A stretch of 64,000 nt of DNA from an uncultured virus (IMG/VR IMGVR_UViG_3300028646_000003) (IMGVR_UViG_3300028646_000003:62001-126000); one strand, 5' to 3'. Numbered from the stretch's first letter, positions 49,734 through 60,569 are shown. Made by a program: numbers and translations. Notes: generated by a model not told the origin, from the sequence alone.

Positions 49734-50195
49734 TTAAACTAATCTAAATCCTAATAATTTGTGTCCATTGTCATAAATCCAACCAAGGCTATAAAAAGCA
49801 GAACCAGTAGTTCCTTTTGCTAATTCTCCATTTACAACAGTTAATAAAGAACCTTCAACCACATCAGCATCAACTAATGCAGAAGCAAATAATTCTGTTG
49901 CATATCTTTCTCCTTTTTGAATTGTTTCAACTCCAGCGTATGCACCTGTTAAAACAAGATCTTGAGAAGTAGAATAATCTGAAACTGGCATACCCATTGC
50001 TACATCTACATCAACAACTACATCTCTTGTTAAAATTCCTACAACATTTGCGTCTGCAACTGCTTTTATCAATGTTGTGATTTTATTAGTGGCATCATAA
50101 CTCTCGTTTACGAATGTCCCCCTTTTCATATCAACCTTTACTGTGTTTTGAGCATTAAATACTTTTCCTGAGTTTACTTGTAATCTTCTATACAT
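49734..50195 (-). CDS. Capsid decoration/minor head protein
   Basis: 153 aa between protease/scaffold and capsid. Confidence 0.6.
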   Translation of the reverse strand: MYRRLQVNSGKVFNAQNTVKVDMKRGTFVNESYDATNKITTLIKAVADANVVGILTRDVVVDVDVAMGMPVSDYSTSQDLVLTGAYAGVETIQKGERYATELFASALVDADVVEGSLLTVVNGELAKGTTGSAFYSLGWIYDNGHKLLGFRLV

Positions 50196-50253
50196 ATTAA
50201 TATTCCTTCTTTCTTTTATTATTTTAATTTATTATTTAATTAATTTAAATTAA

Positions 50254-51837
50254 TTATCTTTTAATATTTCTTCTAGCATAATTTAATAATGCAGAACTTG
50301 AATTTTCATACTTATAGTTTGTATTTGCGTTTAAATCAGTAGAAACTTCTACTTCTTTTTCACTTGTTTCAACTTCTGCTTTTTCTTCTTTAGTAGTTAT
50401 TTCTACTTTTGAAGCTTGTTCAACAACTCTTTCAGCTATTAGACATTTAATTTGTTTTTCGTCTAAATTTGAAATTGCTTCTTTAATTGCTTCTGAATTC
50501 TCAATATCTTCTTCTGTAAAATATTTACTAGATAAAGCCATTTTCTTTAAGTTTTCTTTTTTTTCTGCAATTTCGGCTTCTAATTTCTTTGCATCAGCTT
50601 CAGCCTTTTCAATTCTAAGTGGTTCTAATTCAGCTATAGCCTTTTCTTTTTCTGCAATAGTTTCTTGTTGACTTGTAATTGTCTCACCAAGTTTCACAAT
50701 TTCATCTATTTTTGTAGAAAGTTCCTCGTTCTTAGTTGATAATTCATCATTAACACCATTTAATTGTGCTTGAATTTCTTGAATTTGTTCATCAATTTGA
50801 ACTGATGGAACAAAAGTCATTTTAACTGGTGTTTGGCTTGTAATAGATATACTTTCATCTGAATTAACAGTGTAAGCATATTCTATAAAGTCATCTTCGC
50901 TCTCTGCATTCCAATCATACCCTACTGCTCTAAATTCATACGGATATACTCTTGATATGCAAATCCATTTGTTTGTGTCTATTGAATTAATAGCAACTCT
51001 TAATTTATCATATAAATCATTTGTTGTTATAGATGACACTTCTGTTTTGTTTTTATTTTCTGCCATATCGACAATTCCTCCTTTTTCTTCTATGTTTTCG
51101 TTTAATTTATTTTCAACTGATTTTTCATCAGACTGAATGCTTGTTTCTATGTTTTCTTGGTTCTCTGATATTTGTTCAAAACTATTGATTTCACTTAAAT
51201 CGTTTATAAATGCTTCTGCAAATTCGTCTTCTTGTTGTGTTTCTTCGGCAACTTCTAACATACCACTACAATCATATGCAGGACTTGTATATTTAGAAAG
51301 CAACGCATGTCCTATAAAAATACCATCGTTAATAACTTTAACTTGTTTTCCACCTATTGCATTTATATTACTATTTACAATTGATATTTCCCAAGATGTA
51401 TTTAATGGTTCATCACTATCAAATCTATCTTGTATTATTTTGCAACAATTTTCAAACCTACGCCAAACTCTACAATTAGCTGTAATATATTCTACCTCAT
51501 CAATAGTTTCAATTTGAACAGTATCAAATACTCCAAAGGCATCAGTTCCAAACTTTAATTTTTCTTGAAGTTGTCCATTAATTAACTCATAAACTTTTTT
51601 TGCTTGATGTGAAGTAAAATCCAACTCATCATCCTTATTTGGTTTTATTAATCCAACTAGTGGCTTCATTACTAAAGTATTTAACCAATTTTCTATAGTA
51701 TCTCTATTTAACATTACATTATTTCTATTGGGATCAAAATTACATATAATGAATTTTACATTCATATATGAATCATCTTGAGATTCTGATATTTCTATTT
51801 TGTTATTACTATATAAAATTATTTTATCTTCGTCCAA
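50254..51837 (-). CDS. Prohead protease/scaffold fusion
   Basis: N-terminal PNRNNV...KPLVG...SH...TSWEI...FIGHALL domain; acidic coiled-coil C-terminus. Confidence 0.75.
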   Translation of the reverse strand: MDEDKIILYSNNKIEISESQDDSYMNVKFIICNFDPNRNNVMLNRDTIENWLNTLVMKPLVGLIKPNKDDELDFTSHQAKKVYELINGQLQEKLKFGTDAFGVFDTVQIETIDEVEYITANCRVWRRFENCCKIIQDRFDSDEPLNTSWEISIVNSNINAIGGKQVKVINDGIFIGHALLSKYTSPAYDCSGMLEVAEETQQEDEFAEAFINDLSEINSFEQISENQENIETSIQSDEKSVENKLNENIEEKGGIVDMAENKNKTEVSSITTNDLYDKLRVAINSIDTNKWICISRVYPYEFRAVGYDWNAESEDDFIEYAYTVNSDESISITSQTPVKMTFVPSVQIDEQIQEIQAQLNGVNDELSTKNEELSTKIDEIVKLGETITSQQETIAEKEKAIAELEPLRIEKAEADAKKLEAEIAEKKENLKKMALSSKYFTEEDIENSEAIKEAISNLDEKQIKCLIAERVVEQASKVEITTKEEKAEVETSEKEVEVSTDLNANTNYKYENSSSALLNYARRNIKR

Positions 51838-51858
51838 TCTATATCACCACCTTTCAAA

Positions 51859-53607
51859 TCATACTTTTAATGCTTCTTTTCGTGATTGATCTGATTCTTG
51901 CTTATCTATATTTTCATTTTTTTTACTATTATTCTTATTGGTATTAGAATCTAGATTATTATGTGTTACCGTGTCTCCGTCTTTTCCCGATGTTGTGAAA
52001 GATGTTATATGAGGACTCATAATATCATCAGTAGTCATTTCTACGCCATCTATTGTTACTTTATTTTCTTTTACACGTTTATTAATTTCAATTTCAGGAT
52101 TTAATCCTAGCATTGTCAAAATAGTATCGTAGCTTAATCCAATTTTTGAGTACATAGTTTCTACTAACCTTAATAATGTTTCTAAATCCAGCAACTTAGT
52201 AGATTCAATAGTTATAGTAGGTGAATATTCCAAAGGAAAACCATTTTCTTCACATACCAACTGATAGTATTTATTAAGGATTGGTTCTAAACTCTTAGTT
52301 ATTCTATTAACCATTTTTAATAGTTCGTCATAGTTTATTTTAGTAGTTGTTATAGATTTAGAACCTTCTGAACTAATAAATGATATTCCTAATGCTTCTA
52401 ATATTCTTAACTTATAACCTGATTTAGTTTTTTCATCAGTCAACTCAGTTTTAGGTTCAATCAATTTTAAATCTTGTACTTGTGGGTCAGCAGTATATAT
52501 AATAGTATCTTTTGACATAGCTTCAAGTAAACTCACATGTGCATGACCTATCATATTAATGGCATTTGGCTTTTCCATTAATTCTTTTTCAGTTAATTGC
52601 AAATAAATCTTTTTAGTCTTTTGAATTAATACTTTTTGGTCACTTTTATCAACCGTTTCCAACATTAATTGAGGTTGTAGTGCTTTAAATATAGGTGTTA
52701 ATCCATATAGCCCTTTTAAATTATTTATCCTATTTAATCCTATTTTTTGTGGATTTAATAAAGCATATTGGTCTTTCCCTTTATAAGCGTCATATATTTC
52801 AGTAGGATAACATTTTTTAACTTCGTCTTCTATTGTTTTTTCAATATCAATAAGTTTATTTGTTTTTAATCTTCCATATTTTGTTCTACTCTCTTGTAAC
52901 CTTGATGATAATTCAGTAACATTAAAAGACACTACTGGGTCGTCATCAATTCTCATTGGTGTGATTTCAGTAATATCCATTGGATAATTTACTATAGAAT
53001 AACCATTTTCACTATCACCCATTAAATAGAATATAAAATTACCTTCTGTATATGTAATAACTGCATTATCGGCTATTAACTTAGGTATATTAATTTGTTT
53101 ATTAAACTTTTCTATTACTACTTTTAATTCGTCTTCCATTTTTTGTTCTTTTTTTAGTTTAGTACCTTTTTTACTGCTAGGAGATGGATAATCAATTTTG
53201 TAATTTATGTTTATATTATTTTCTATAGTTTCAACCACTCTACCAATTAAATCTTCTTTGTTTATGTAATATTTAACTATTCCGTTTATTTTCTTTATTT
53301 TATCTATACTAGTTTGAGTGTTCTGTGCTAATGAGGATAATTCGTCCATAGTTGTAACATAAGATGATGTATTTTTATCTAATACAGTACTATAAATATT
53401 ACTTAATCTTTGTGCATCATATGTAGCTTGTTGTATGTAGTTTGGATCAAAATAATCTTTAGTAGTAGATGTTTCTATATCTGATAAGATGTAATTCCCA
53501 CCGATATTAGACACTTGTTTTGTTTCGCCTTCTGATAGAACTGGTATAGTTAAATCTATCTTTTGTAGTTGAGGGATTGGGATTTCTGTAGATTGTTTTT
53601 TTGTCAA
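51859..53607 (-). CDS. Portal protein
   Basis: 582 aa directly after terL; YGLTPIFKAL and ILEALGISF motifs. Confidence 0.8.
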   Translation of the reverse strand: MTKKQSTEIPIPQLQKIDLTIPVLSEGETKQVSNIGGNYILSDIETSTTKDYFDPNYIQQATYDAQRLSNIYSTVLDKNTSSYVTTMDELSSLAQNTQTSIDKIKKINGIVKYYINKEDLIGRVVETIENNININYKIDYPSPSSKKGTKLKKEQKMEDELKVVIEKFNKQINIPKLIADNAVITYTEGNFIFYLMGDSENGYSIVNYPMDITEITPMRIDDDPVVSFNVTELSSRLQESRTKYGRLKTNKLIDIEKTIEDEVKKCYPTEIYDAYKGKDQYALLNPQKIGLNRINNLKGLYGLTPIFKALQPQLMLETVDKSDQKVLIQKTKKIYLQLTEKELMEKPNAINMIGHAHVSLLEAMSKDTIIYTADPQVQDLKLIEPKTELTDEKTKSGYKLRILEALGISFISSEGSKSITTTKINYDELLKMVNRITKSLEPILNKYYQLVCEENGFPLEYSPTITIESTKLLDLETLLRLVETMYSKIGLSYDTILTMLGLNPEIEINKRVKENKVTIDGVEMTTDDIMSPHITSFTTSGKDGDTVTHNNLDSNTNKNNSKKNENIDKQESDQSRKEALKV

Positions 53608-53632
53608 TCGGATTCCTCCTTTCTTGCTTTAA

Positions 53633-55527
53633 TTATATAGAATTGAAATTTACTGATGAAACAAATGTTGGTGCTGTTGACCAATCAACTTGTGGTGCTT
53701 GCTTATTAACTATTCCGTCACGTCTAAGGTTTTTTAAATGCCAAGCTAACATTACCATTGTGTAAGCTCTATCATCATGCATTTTACTCTTTTTATCAGG
53801 AGGCAGTTCATATTTATAATTTATATCATCACCTTGTCTTCTTATTGCAATTAATTCTTCTTTTGCGTTATCAATTTGCTTTAATGCCAATTCTTCGTCC
53901 CAAGATAGATTGTATTGTTTATAATCTATTGATTTTACCTTTTTCTTTTCATTCGTATCCTCATCAATTTCTTCAATCTCTTTTCCTTCCTGTGGTAGAC
54001 TTAAGTACCCTTTCATATCATAATTATCTGTAAATTCAATTAGTCCTAAATTTAATAATTCTACAAAATCATCATACATTTCTGTTTTATATTTTTTAGG
54101 TGATACTAATTTTAATTTTCCTACTGCATTCGGATAAGAATTTACATGTTCAGCACAGGCTTCTTTATCAATTAATCCCCTATGTTTATTTCCTTGTTCA
54201 TCTTCCCAGTCGTCCATAAAATAATCTGCGATTATCGGACCACCACCTCCTGAACCAGCATCAACTAGTAAACAATCTATATTCTCATAATCAGCCTTGC
54301 CTTTTCCGTTATAATTTATTAGCATTTGTTTTATCTCTTTAATTTGTTCTGGCGTTCTCATTGGAGTTTTTTTCTTTTTCCCTAAATCCACAAGACTTAC
54401 ACAGTTTTGAATTATTAATTTCCATCCAACTTGTTCATCATATATATATTCTCCTACTGATGTCGCTGAATTATCATAATCATGTGCTGGATCATATGAA
54501 ATTGCAATGTGTCTTTTTATATTTCCTTCATTAATTAATAATGGTTTTCTAACTGATGAATTTTTCATAATTACTGCACGTTTTATAGGTTGTTTATTTC
54601 CACCATCAGCATCAAAACGATTAAAATATTCTCGATTTGCTTTCTCTGAGTTTGACCTTATTTCATCATCAACTTTAGATTGTGATAACAATGGTATATT
54701 TAATTTTTTACCTTTTAATGTAGCTCCTATTATAACCTCACAATTTAAGTCAGCTACAAAATGGTCTTTACTTCCTGCAAACATTAACTTTGCCCACTCT
54801 TTATATAATGTATAAAATGCAGAATCCGTACTACTAGCAGATGAACAAAACAATAATTGATTAGGAATATTCATCGGTATAGTTTCGGTGTTTATACCAC
54901 CACCTAACTTAAACGACGAATCCTGTGTACAAAATGATTTTGTAACTGAAATATAGTTTTCACTTATGAAACCACTTTCATCATACAAATTTAAATTTGA
55001 TCTTTTCCCTCTAATATTATCTTCTTCCCCAGAAACAGTAGTAACTTGACTGTTGTTAAATAGCTTACATCTAAATCCTTGAGGAGAGTGAACAAATCCA
55101 TCATGGTTAGCACTTGCAGAAACTTCTCCTAAAAATATATCTGTTAATCCACAAAAAGATTCTATTTGTTTTTTTGCTATTGACTCCATTTTAAGTTGTC
55201 AAAGAAAGGTATCTTGGCTTTGACTTGCGGTTAATGAAAGTATAAAGCTTTGAAAGTTTGGAAATAACATCATTTTTGTCATTATAAATGGAGAACTTAA
55301 AGTTGATTTACTCAGCCTCCATTACGAGACATCAACCATAATGCAAATTGTTTGCTCCATGATTCTTGAAATGTATATTTTTGATAATCCATAAGTTCAA
55401 GTCCCAACACTAATTCTGCGAACTTTACAGGATTTCTTCTTCCCCATACAAGTATTTCATTGTATTTTAAATAACCTTCTAACTTTTTTTGAGTCAAATT
55501 ACCTTTATTTATAATTGTGATACCCAT
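53633..55527 (-). CDS. terL: Terminase large subunit, interrupted by 5-nt (55310-55314) and 9-nt (55193-55201) UGA-containing inserts; 626 aa when joined
   Basis: Joined product ...WLMSRNGG|KSTLSSPF...QSQDTFL|KMESIAK... restores Walker A; Walker B LYDESG, nuclease ISYDPA and HDDRAY motifs are intact. Confidence 0.85.
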
Positions 55528-55718
55528 AATGAATTTAATTCACCTCCTTCTTATATCAATAAAGTTTGCTTAAACGCAACAAAAGACATGTTACCATGCC
55601 TTCAGTTATTGAAACATATTTTTTTATTTAAATGCCTATTCACTATTATTATTATTATTATCATTTAATAACAATCTTAATTTATCTCTACTAATACCCA
55701 CTAATTTTGAAGCTTCGC

Positions 55719-57092
55719 TTATTCACTTATAACACTATTCAATATTTTTTGTTTTTCAATTTCTTTTTTATTTTTAATAACCTTATCAATATGCTCCATA
55801 GTGTCAATAGGTACTATTTCCTCAACCATATTATTAAAACTTATTTGGTCTTCTTTATAATTCTGCTTTTGAATAGAGTCTTGTCCATCCTTTATGTCTC
55901 CGTAGTCCAAAACATCATAATAATCTGTTTCTAAAACATCTTGTTTATAATCTACATCATTGAAAGAGCAAATCGCCTTTAATTTTCTATTTTCTTCTCT
56001 TAATTTACTGTATTCTTGTTCATAAAAATTTATTTTTTCGTTTTGGAATTTTACCATATCTATTAAATCATCATCGCCAAAATTAAGATTTTCTACAATT
56101 GCTTTTGCGGATAATCTTGCTGTTTGTAACATACCATTAGAAGTCTGAATATCAAATAAATTAACTTGTGCTTCTTTTAAATCTATTTCTTTTAACTTTT
56201 TAACCATGCCCGTTAATGTATTTGCACCGATTGTTTTATGACCACTATATAAATCACTAATCTTATTGTCTTTCGCTAAAGCCAATAAACTTTTATTTAG
56301 TTTTTCTTTAGTGTCGGTTAAGCTTTTAATAGTTCCAATATTGTCTTTTATACTTTTTATATCAGAACTTAAATTTGTTATAACATCATTTATTTTATTT
56401 TCTTGATTTTGACCTTTTATAATACTTATTATTGCACTATTTTTAAGCTCATCATTTTGACTATCTTCATCTAGCATATTTATCAACTTGGCATACATTT
56501 TTGATTTATCTTCTTCTATTTCATTCTGAAAAGGATCATATCCGATTATTCTAATAATATCTTCTTTATTTTGTTTATCTCTTACTCGTTGTTCAATTTC
56601 TTCGTCAGTAAACTCTTTAGGCTTAGATATAATTAAGCTATTTTCTTTTTCTTTGGTAGTATCATCCTCAACAATACTCATTCCTAAATCAATTTTATCT
56701 CCATGTTCAAAAGCATAACCTTTATAATTTTTAAGAGAATTTATTGTTTTTATGTATTTTTTCCATACTTCTAATCCATTTTGTACTATAGTGAAATCTT
56801 TATTCCATCCTGCTTCTGTTAATGAACTATTGTATATTCCTTCGAGATATACAAAATCCAATAACTCACATATTTTATATATTGATATTTTTATATCATT
56901 AGTTTCTTCTAAAAGTGATACATAAAAATTAGTTAAACAATCTTTACATAAAGATACTCTTCCAGTATAAGTATGTAATTTTGAACTCGATGTGTAAAAA
57001 TTATTTGTATTACTAAGTATTGTTCCACACTTAGTACATCTAGTTTTCCCTTTCATCTGCTCATCTAAATCTTTTGTCTTAAAATCTGCCAT
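55719..57092 (-). CDS. Zn-finger protein upstream of terL (possible terminase small subunit)
   Basis: CTKC...CKDC N-terminus; position. Confidence 0.5.
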   Translation of the reverse strand: MADFKTKDLDEQMKGKTRCTKCGTILSNTNNFYTSSSKLHTYTGRVSLCKDCLTNFYVSLLEETNDIKISIYKICELLDFVYLEGIYNSSLTEAGWNKDFTIVQNGLEVWKKYIKTINSLKNYKGYAFEHGDKIDLGMSIVEDDTTKEKENSLIISKPKEFTDEEIEQRVRDKQNKEDIIRIIGYDPFQNEIEEDKSKMYAKLINMLDEDSQNDELKNSAIISIIKGQNQENKINDVITNLSSDIKSIKDNIGTIKSLTDTKEKLNKSLLALAKDNKISDLYSGHKTIGANTLTGMVKKLKEIDLKEAQVNLFDIQTSNGMLQTARLSAKAIVENLNFGDDDLIDMVKFQNEKINFYEQEYSKLREENRKLKAICSFNDVDYKQDVLETDYYDVLDYGDIKDGQDSIQKQNYKEDQISFNNMVEEIVPIDTMEHIDKVIKNKKEIEKQKILNSVISE

Positions 57093-57139
57093 TATATTTT
57101 CACCTACTTAATTTTTTACATAATAAAAAGTCACCAAAA

Positions 57140-58501
57140 TTAATTAGCAACTTCTAATTTTTTTAATATTTTATTACTTCTATATTGTTCTTCTAACTGT
57201 TCGTCAAATGCTCCTTCAAAAAATCTAATTAAGAACTCATCAAACTGACTATGTGTATTTCTTCCATATCCATAATTTTGATGAAATATTTTATGATATT
57301 CTTCTTTCATACATTTCCCTAATGGATACCTGTAATGAATTTCTGTACATTTACATATAATTTGTTTTATTTCCATATCTGTATAATTACTTATAGTTTC
57401 ATATATAGGTAATTTTAATTCTTCTAAAGTATCTCTAACTATATTATCAAAACTATATAAGTGATGAATATGATCAAACCTTTCCCCTGTAATAATACAT
57501 TTGAAATTGCATTCTTTCATACTATCTAATTTCCATTGGTTAATATTTCTTCTTAATTCATTTTCTATATTACTAATTCCACCTTTATAATTAGGATTTA
57601 AACTACCAAATCTTGCAGAACCAAACATTGGATTATTTTCGCCTTTTGATTTTCCATTTTTAAGTCGAGTCTCACTTATTTTATTTCTCCATTCCTCAGT
57701 TTGTGCGTCATTTGTTGCTCTTAATTTACTTTCATCACTTTTATGTAAATTTAAACTATGAGCTTTATCCATAATTTGATTAATTGTTAAATGTGGGAAA
57801 AATTCATTCTTCATTTCATTATTGGTCATATCTGAATAATTATTTTGAATAATTATTACTTCTTCATCTTTCCATATGTATGAATCAGATATTGCATAGT
57901 TCTCACCTTTACATTTTTTGCATACGTTTCTAAAACCATCACTACAAGTATTATCTTTTGGAAAATATAAAAATTCTAATGGTAAATATTCATTACAGCA
58001 CTTGCATAATTTGTATCTTTTGCCTTTAATGTCTTTATATTTTATTTTGTCATAATCTTCTACTACATTATTTATTTTATATAATCCTAGTTTTTTACTC
58101 ATATGTAATACAGATTTTTCAGTACGATTAACGCTAAGCAATGGAATTATCTCTTTGATTATTAATTTATTATAATTAGCTATAATAATATCTTTATCCC
58201 TTTGACTCCATGTATCTTTCTCATTAGAACAATTTAAACACTTAGACAAATATCCATCTTTAGCTTTAGCATATAATCCAAATTCTGATACCTCTTTTTT
58301 AATATTACAACATTTGCAAACTTTATATCCATCTTTAGCATAGAACTTTTCTCTATATTTAATTTCTTGTTCTGTTTTTGCTTTATTCCTACAAGCTTTA
58401 CATGTATTTTCAAAACTTCCATTTTTGTTTTTATAAAAATTTTCCTCGTTTAATTCTTTTTCTTGTCCACATTTTTTACATTTTCTTATTTCCATAATCA
58501 A
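57140..58501 (-). CDS. HNH endonuclease with repeated Zn-finger modules
   Basis: Three CxxC...CxxC repeats, GENNPMFG segment, CIITG...HIHHLY...YHKIFH. Confidence 0.75.
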   Translation of the reverse strand: MIMEIRKCKKCGQEKELNEENFYKNKNGSFENTCKACRNKAKTEQEIKYREKFYAKDGYKVCKCCNIKKEVSEFGLYAKAKDGYLSKCLNCSNEKDTWSQRDKDIIIANYNKLIIKEIIPLLSVNRTEKSVLHMSKKLGLYKINNVVEDYDKIKYKDIKGKRYKLCKCCNEYLPLEFLYFPKDNTCSDGFRNVCKKCKGENYAISDSYIWKDEEVIIIQNNYSDMTNNEMKNEFFPHLTINQIMDKAHSLNLHKSDESKLRATNDAQTEEWRNKISETRLKNGKSKGENNPMFGSARFGSLNPNYKGGISNIENELRRNINQWKLDSMKECNFKCIITGERFDHIHHLYSFDNIVRDTLEELKLPIYETISNYTDMEIKQIICKCTEIHYRYPLGKCMKEEYHKIFHQNYGYGRNTHSQFDEFLIRFFEGAFDEQLEEQYRSNKILKKLEVAN

Positions 58502-58552
58502 ATTCCTCCTAAATTGCTAATATCACATAGCTCATTATTTTATAATTTATTT

Positions 58553-59221
58553 CTATAAATAACTTTTAACTTTTTCATCATCAATTTTTACTAAACCAAA
58601 TAACTTCAAACTATCTAAATCTAGTTCTTTCCCTGAAGCATAATATTCTGGATTTATGTAAATAGCTTTTTTATGACCATATTGAACTCTTTTTAACATA
58701 TTTTTATCTTCCAAAGATTTTAAAGCAGTAATTATACTTCTTTCAGTTAATCCTATAATTGGTTCTAGTTCTTTAATAGTAGGAATATGATCATTAATTA
58801 CAATACAATTAGTAGGATACTGAATGAAATCTCTCATTATATAAAATACTAGCTTTTCATTTGTATTTAATTTCATATTCATCACTCCCTCAATTTTATT
58901 CCTATAAACTATATTGAACTCACCGTTATCAAAATTCTCCCTTGCTTTACCACTCTTTTTCCTTTTAACTTTCTTCTTAGTTAAACTTTGTTCATTCTCT
59001 ATGCCAAATTCAGTATTAGACACATAATTAGCAGTAGCAAACATTTCTGTTTTATACTTTTCTAATTTAGTTTGTATTATTTTGTCATGCTCTGATTTTG
59101 TTATAAATTCACCAGTTTCAGACTGAATAAAACTACCACCTTGTATTTCTAAAAATTTACTATCTTCTTCAATTATAAAATATCTTATTAATTCACCTAT
59201 ATTATTGTTTTGCATCTTCAT
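58553..59221 (-). CDS. RepL-like winged-HTH protein
   Basis: TIKELEPIIGLTERSIITALKSLEDKNML...IYINPEY, resembling Firmicute plasmid RepL. Confidence 0.6.
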   Translation of the reverse strand: MKMQNNNIGELIRYFIIEEDSKFLEIQGGSFIQSETGEFITKSEHDKIIQTKLEKYKTEMFATANYVSNTEFGIENEQSLTKKKVKRKKSGKARENFDNGEFNIVYRNKIEGVMNMKLNTNEKLVFYIMRDFIQYPTNCIVINDHIPTIKELEPIIGLTERSIITALKSLEDKNMLKRVQYGHKKAIYINPEYYASGKELDLDSLKLFGLVKIDDEKVKSYL

Positions 59222-59359
59222 AATGCCTCCTTAAATTTATTTTTACGCACAACAAAAGACTGAATATCACAACAGTTAATACTGCATGTAGTTCAGTCTT
59301 TCATACTTAATACTCATATTTAATTTATTTAACATTAGTTGTATCAGCACTTTACAAAC

Positions 59360-59656
59360 TTACTCTTCTTTGTTCTTCATATTATTTTGAGTTCTAATAG
59401 CGTCAGCTATTACCCTTTTTATCTGTAATAATTTGTTGATATAATCTTGTAGACATATATTAGTTTTATTTTTAAAATCTTGTTCCAATTTAATCAAATC
59501 TTCTTTATAGCCTTCAATATAAAAAAATACTTTGTAATCACTTTTATATCTTTTATTTTCTTTCACCTCAATATTATTATATGTATAACCATTAAGAAGT
59601 AAGTAAGCTACCATTTCAGATTGACTATATTTGTAATTAACTTTTTCCATATTCAA
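59360..59656 (-). CDS. Small phage protein (DUF5659-like, inferred)
   Basis: VAYLLLNGY...KVFFYIEG pattern; upstream of the Rep-like gene. Confidence 0.55.
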   Translation of the reverse strand: MNMEKVNYKYSQSEMVAYLLLNGYTYNNIEVKENKRYKSDYKVFFYIEGYKEDLIKLEQDFKNKTNICLQDYINKLLQIKRVIADAIRTQNNMKNKEE

Positions 59657-59813
59657 ATTCCTCCTATATAATTTATTTTAGGTATTCTACAAGATAATTT
59701 TACCATATAGAATACTAATTTACAATACTTTATTACATTAATTTATTATTTCTAGCTATCCACCTAATAGGCAAATATCATAAAAACAATAAGCATTATA
59801 CGTTAAAAATAGA

Positions 59814-59852
59814 CTAGACAACAACTCATCTAGACAACAACTCATCTAGACA
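59814..59852. repeat. Tandem direct repeat, 16-bp unit, about 2.4 copies
   Basis: CTAGACAACAACTCAT CTAGACAACAACTCAT CTAGACA. Confidence 0.85.
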
Positions 59853-59954
59853 CCTTAAAACCATATTAAATTAATTATATGTTGTAAGTAATCTTTGATT
59901 ACGCCACAACAAATCATGCTTTAGCATGACAACCCCGTAGAGTATAATAATCTA

Positions 59955-60569
59955 TTAATTACCTTGCTTCATATCTTGTAATACTTTAATTTGCTTTAAT
60001 ATATTTTCCCTTGATAACGTTGTATTTTTATTCTTAGGTGTTTCAGCGTATTCAATCATTAATTCTTCTATTTGAGTATCACAAAAACTACTACGAGTAA
60101 TTTTAGACTGTCTACTATCTATATATTCAATATTATCATTAGTAATCATGCAATATATTTGTTTAACGTCCATAGGTTTTAATATACTATCAATATATTC
60201 TTTATTTAAATAACATTCGTCAAAGAAAGCAATTTCAATATTTCTACACGCTTTAAATTGAGTATTAGGATTAATATAAAACACTTCTAATTTGTTACCA
60301 TCATTAAATTCTATAGAATCCCTTTCTCTAGATGATTTATATAATTTTATAGAATTACTTTCTTTATATGTGTATTCTTTAAAATAATCTTGTAGTATTC
60401 TACTTGAAAATGGTGAAATATATAAATACTTCCCGTTCTTATTCTCTATGATCTTCCTAAACACAGAATAAGTTTTTCCTTCTCCTCGTTCCCAATTACA
60501 TACTACAATTTCCTTTTTACTATTTAACATTTTGTCTTGATAAACTCTCATCTCACTCATTTTTATCAA
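59955..60569 (-). CDS. Stand-alone terminase-like P-loop ATPase domain protein
   Basis: YQ motif, VCNWERGEGKT (Walker A), IAFFDE (Walker B); no nuclease domain. Confidence 0.6.
   Translation of the reverse strand: MIKMSEMRVYQDKMLNSKKEIVVCNWERGEGKTYSVFRKIIENKNGKYLYISPFSSRILQDYFKEYTYKESNSIKLYKSSRERDSIEFNDGNKLEVFYINPNTQFKACRNIEIAFFDECYLNKEYIDSILKPMDVKQIYCMITNDNIEYIDSRQSKITRSSFCDTQIEELMIEYAETPKNKNTTLSRENILKQIKVLQDMKQGN

Noticed and set aside
55175..55204. prfB-type +1 frameshift at CTT TGA C in terL
   Set aside because: The +1 frame reads DNLKWSQ* and stops at once. Only an in-frame hop or readthrough is productive.
55193..55314. Group I/II intron or intein in terL
   Set aside because: The inserts are only 5 and 9 nt, with no ribozyme core, intein motifs or U/G splice boundaries that restore the motif
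59814..59852. CRISPR array
   Set aside because: Head-to-tail repeat without spacers; no cas genes
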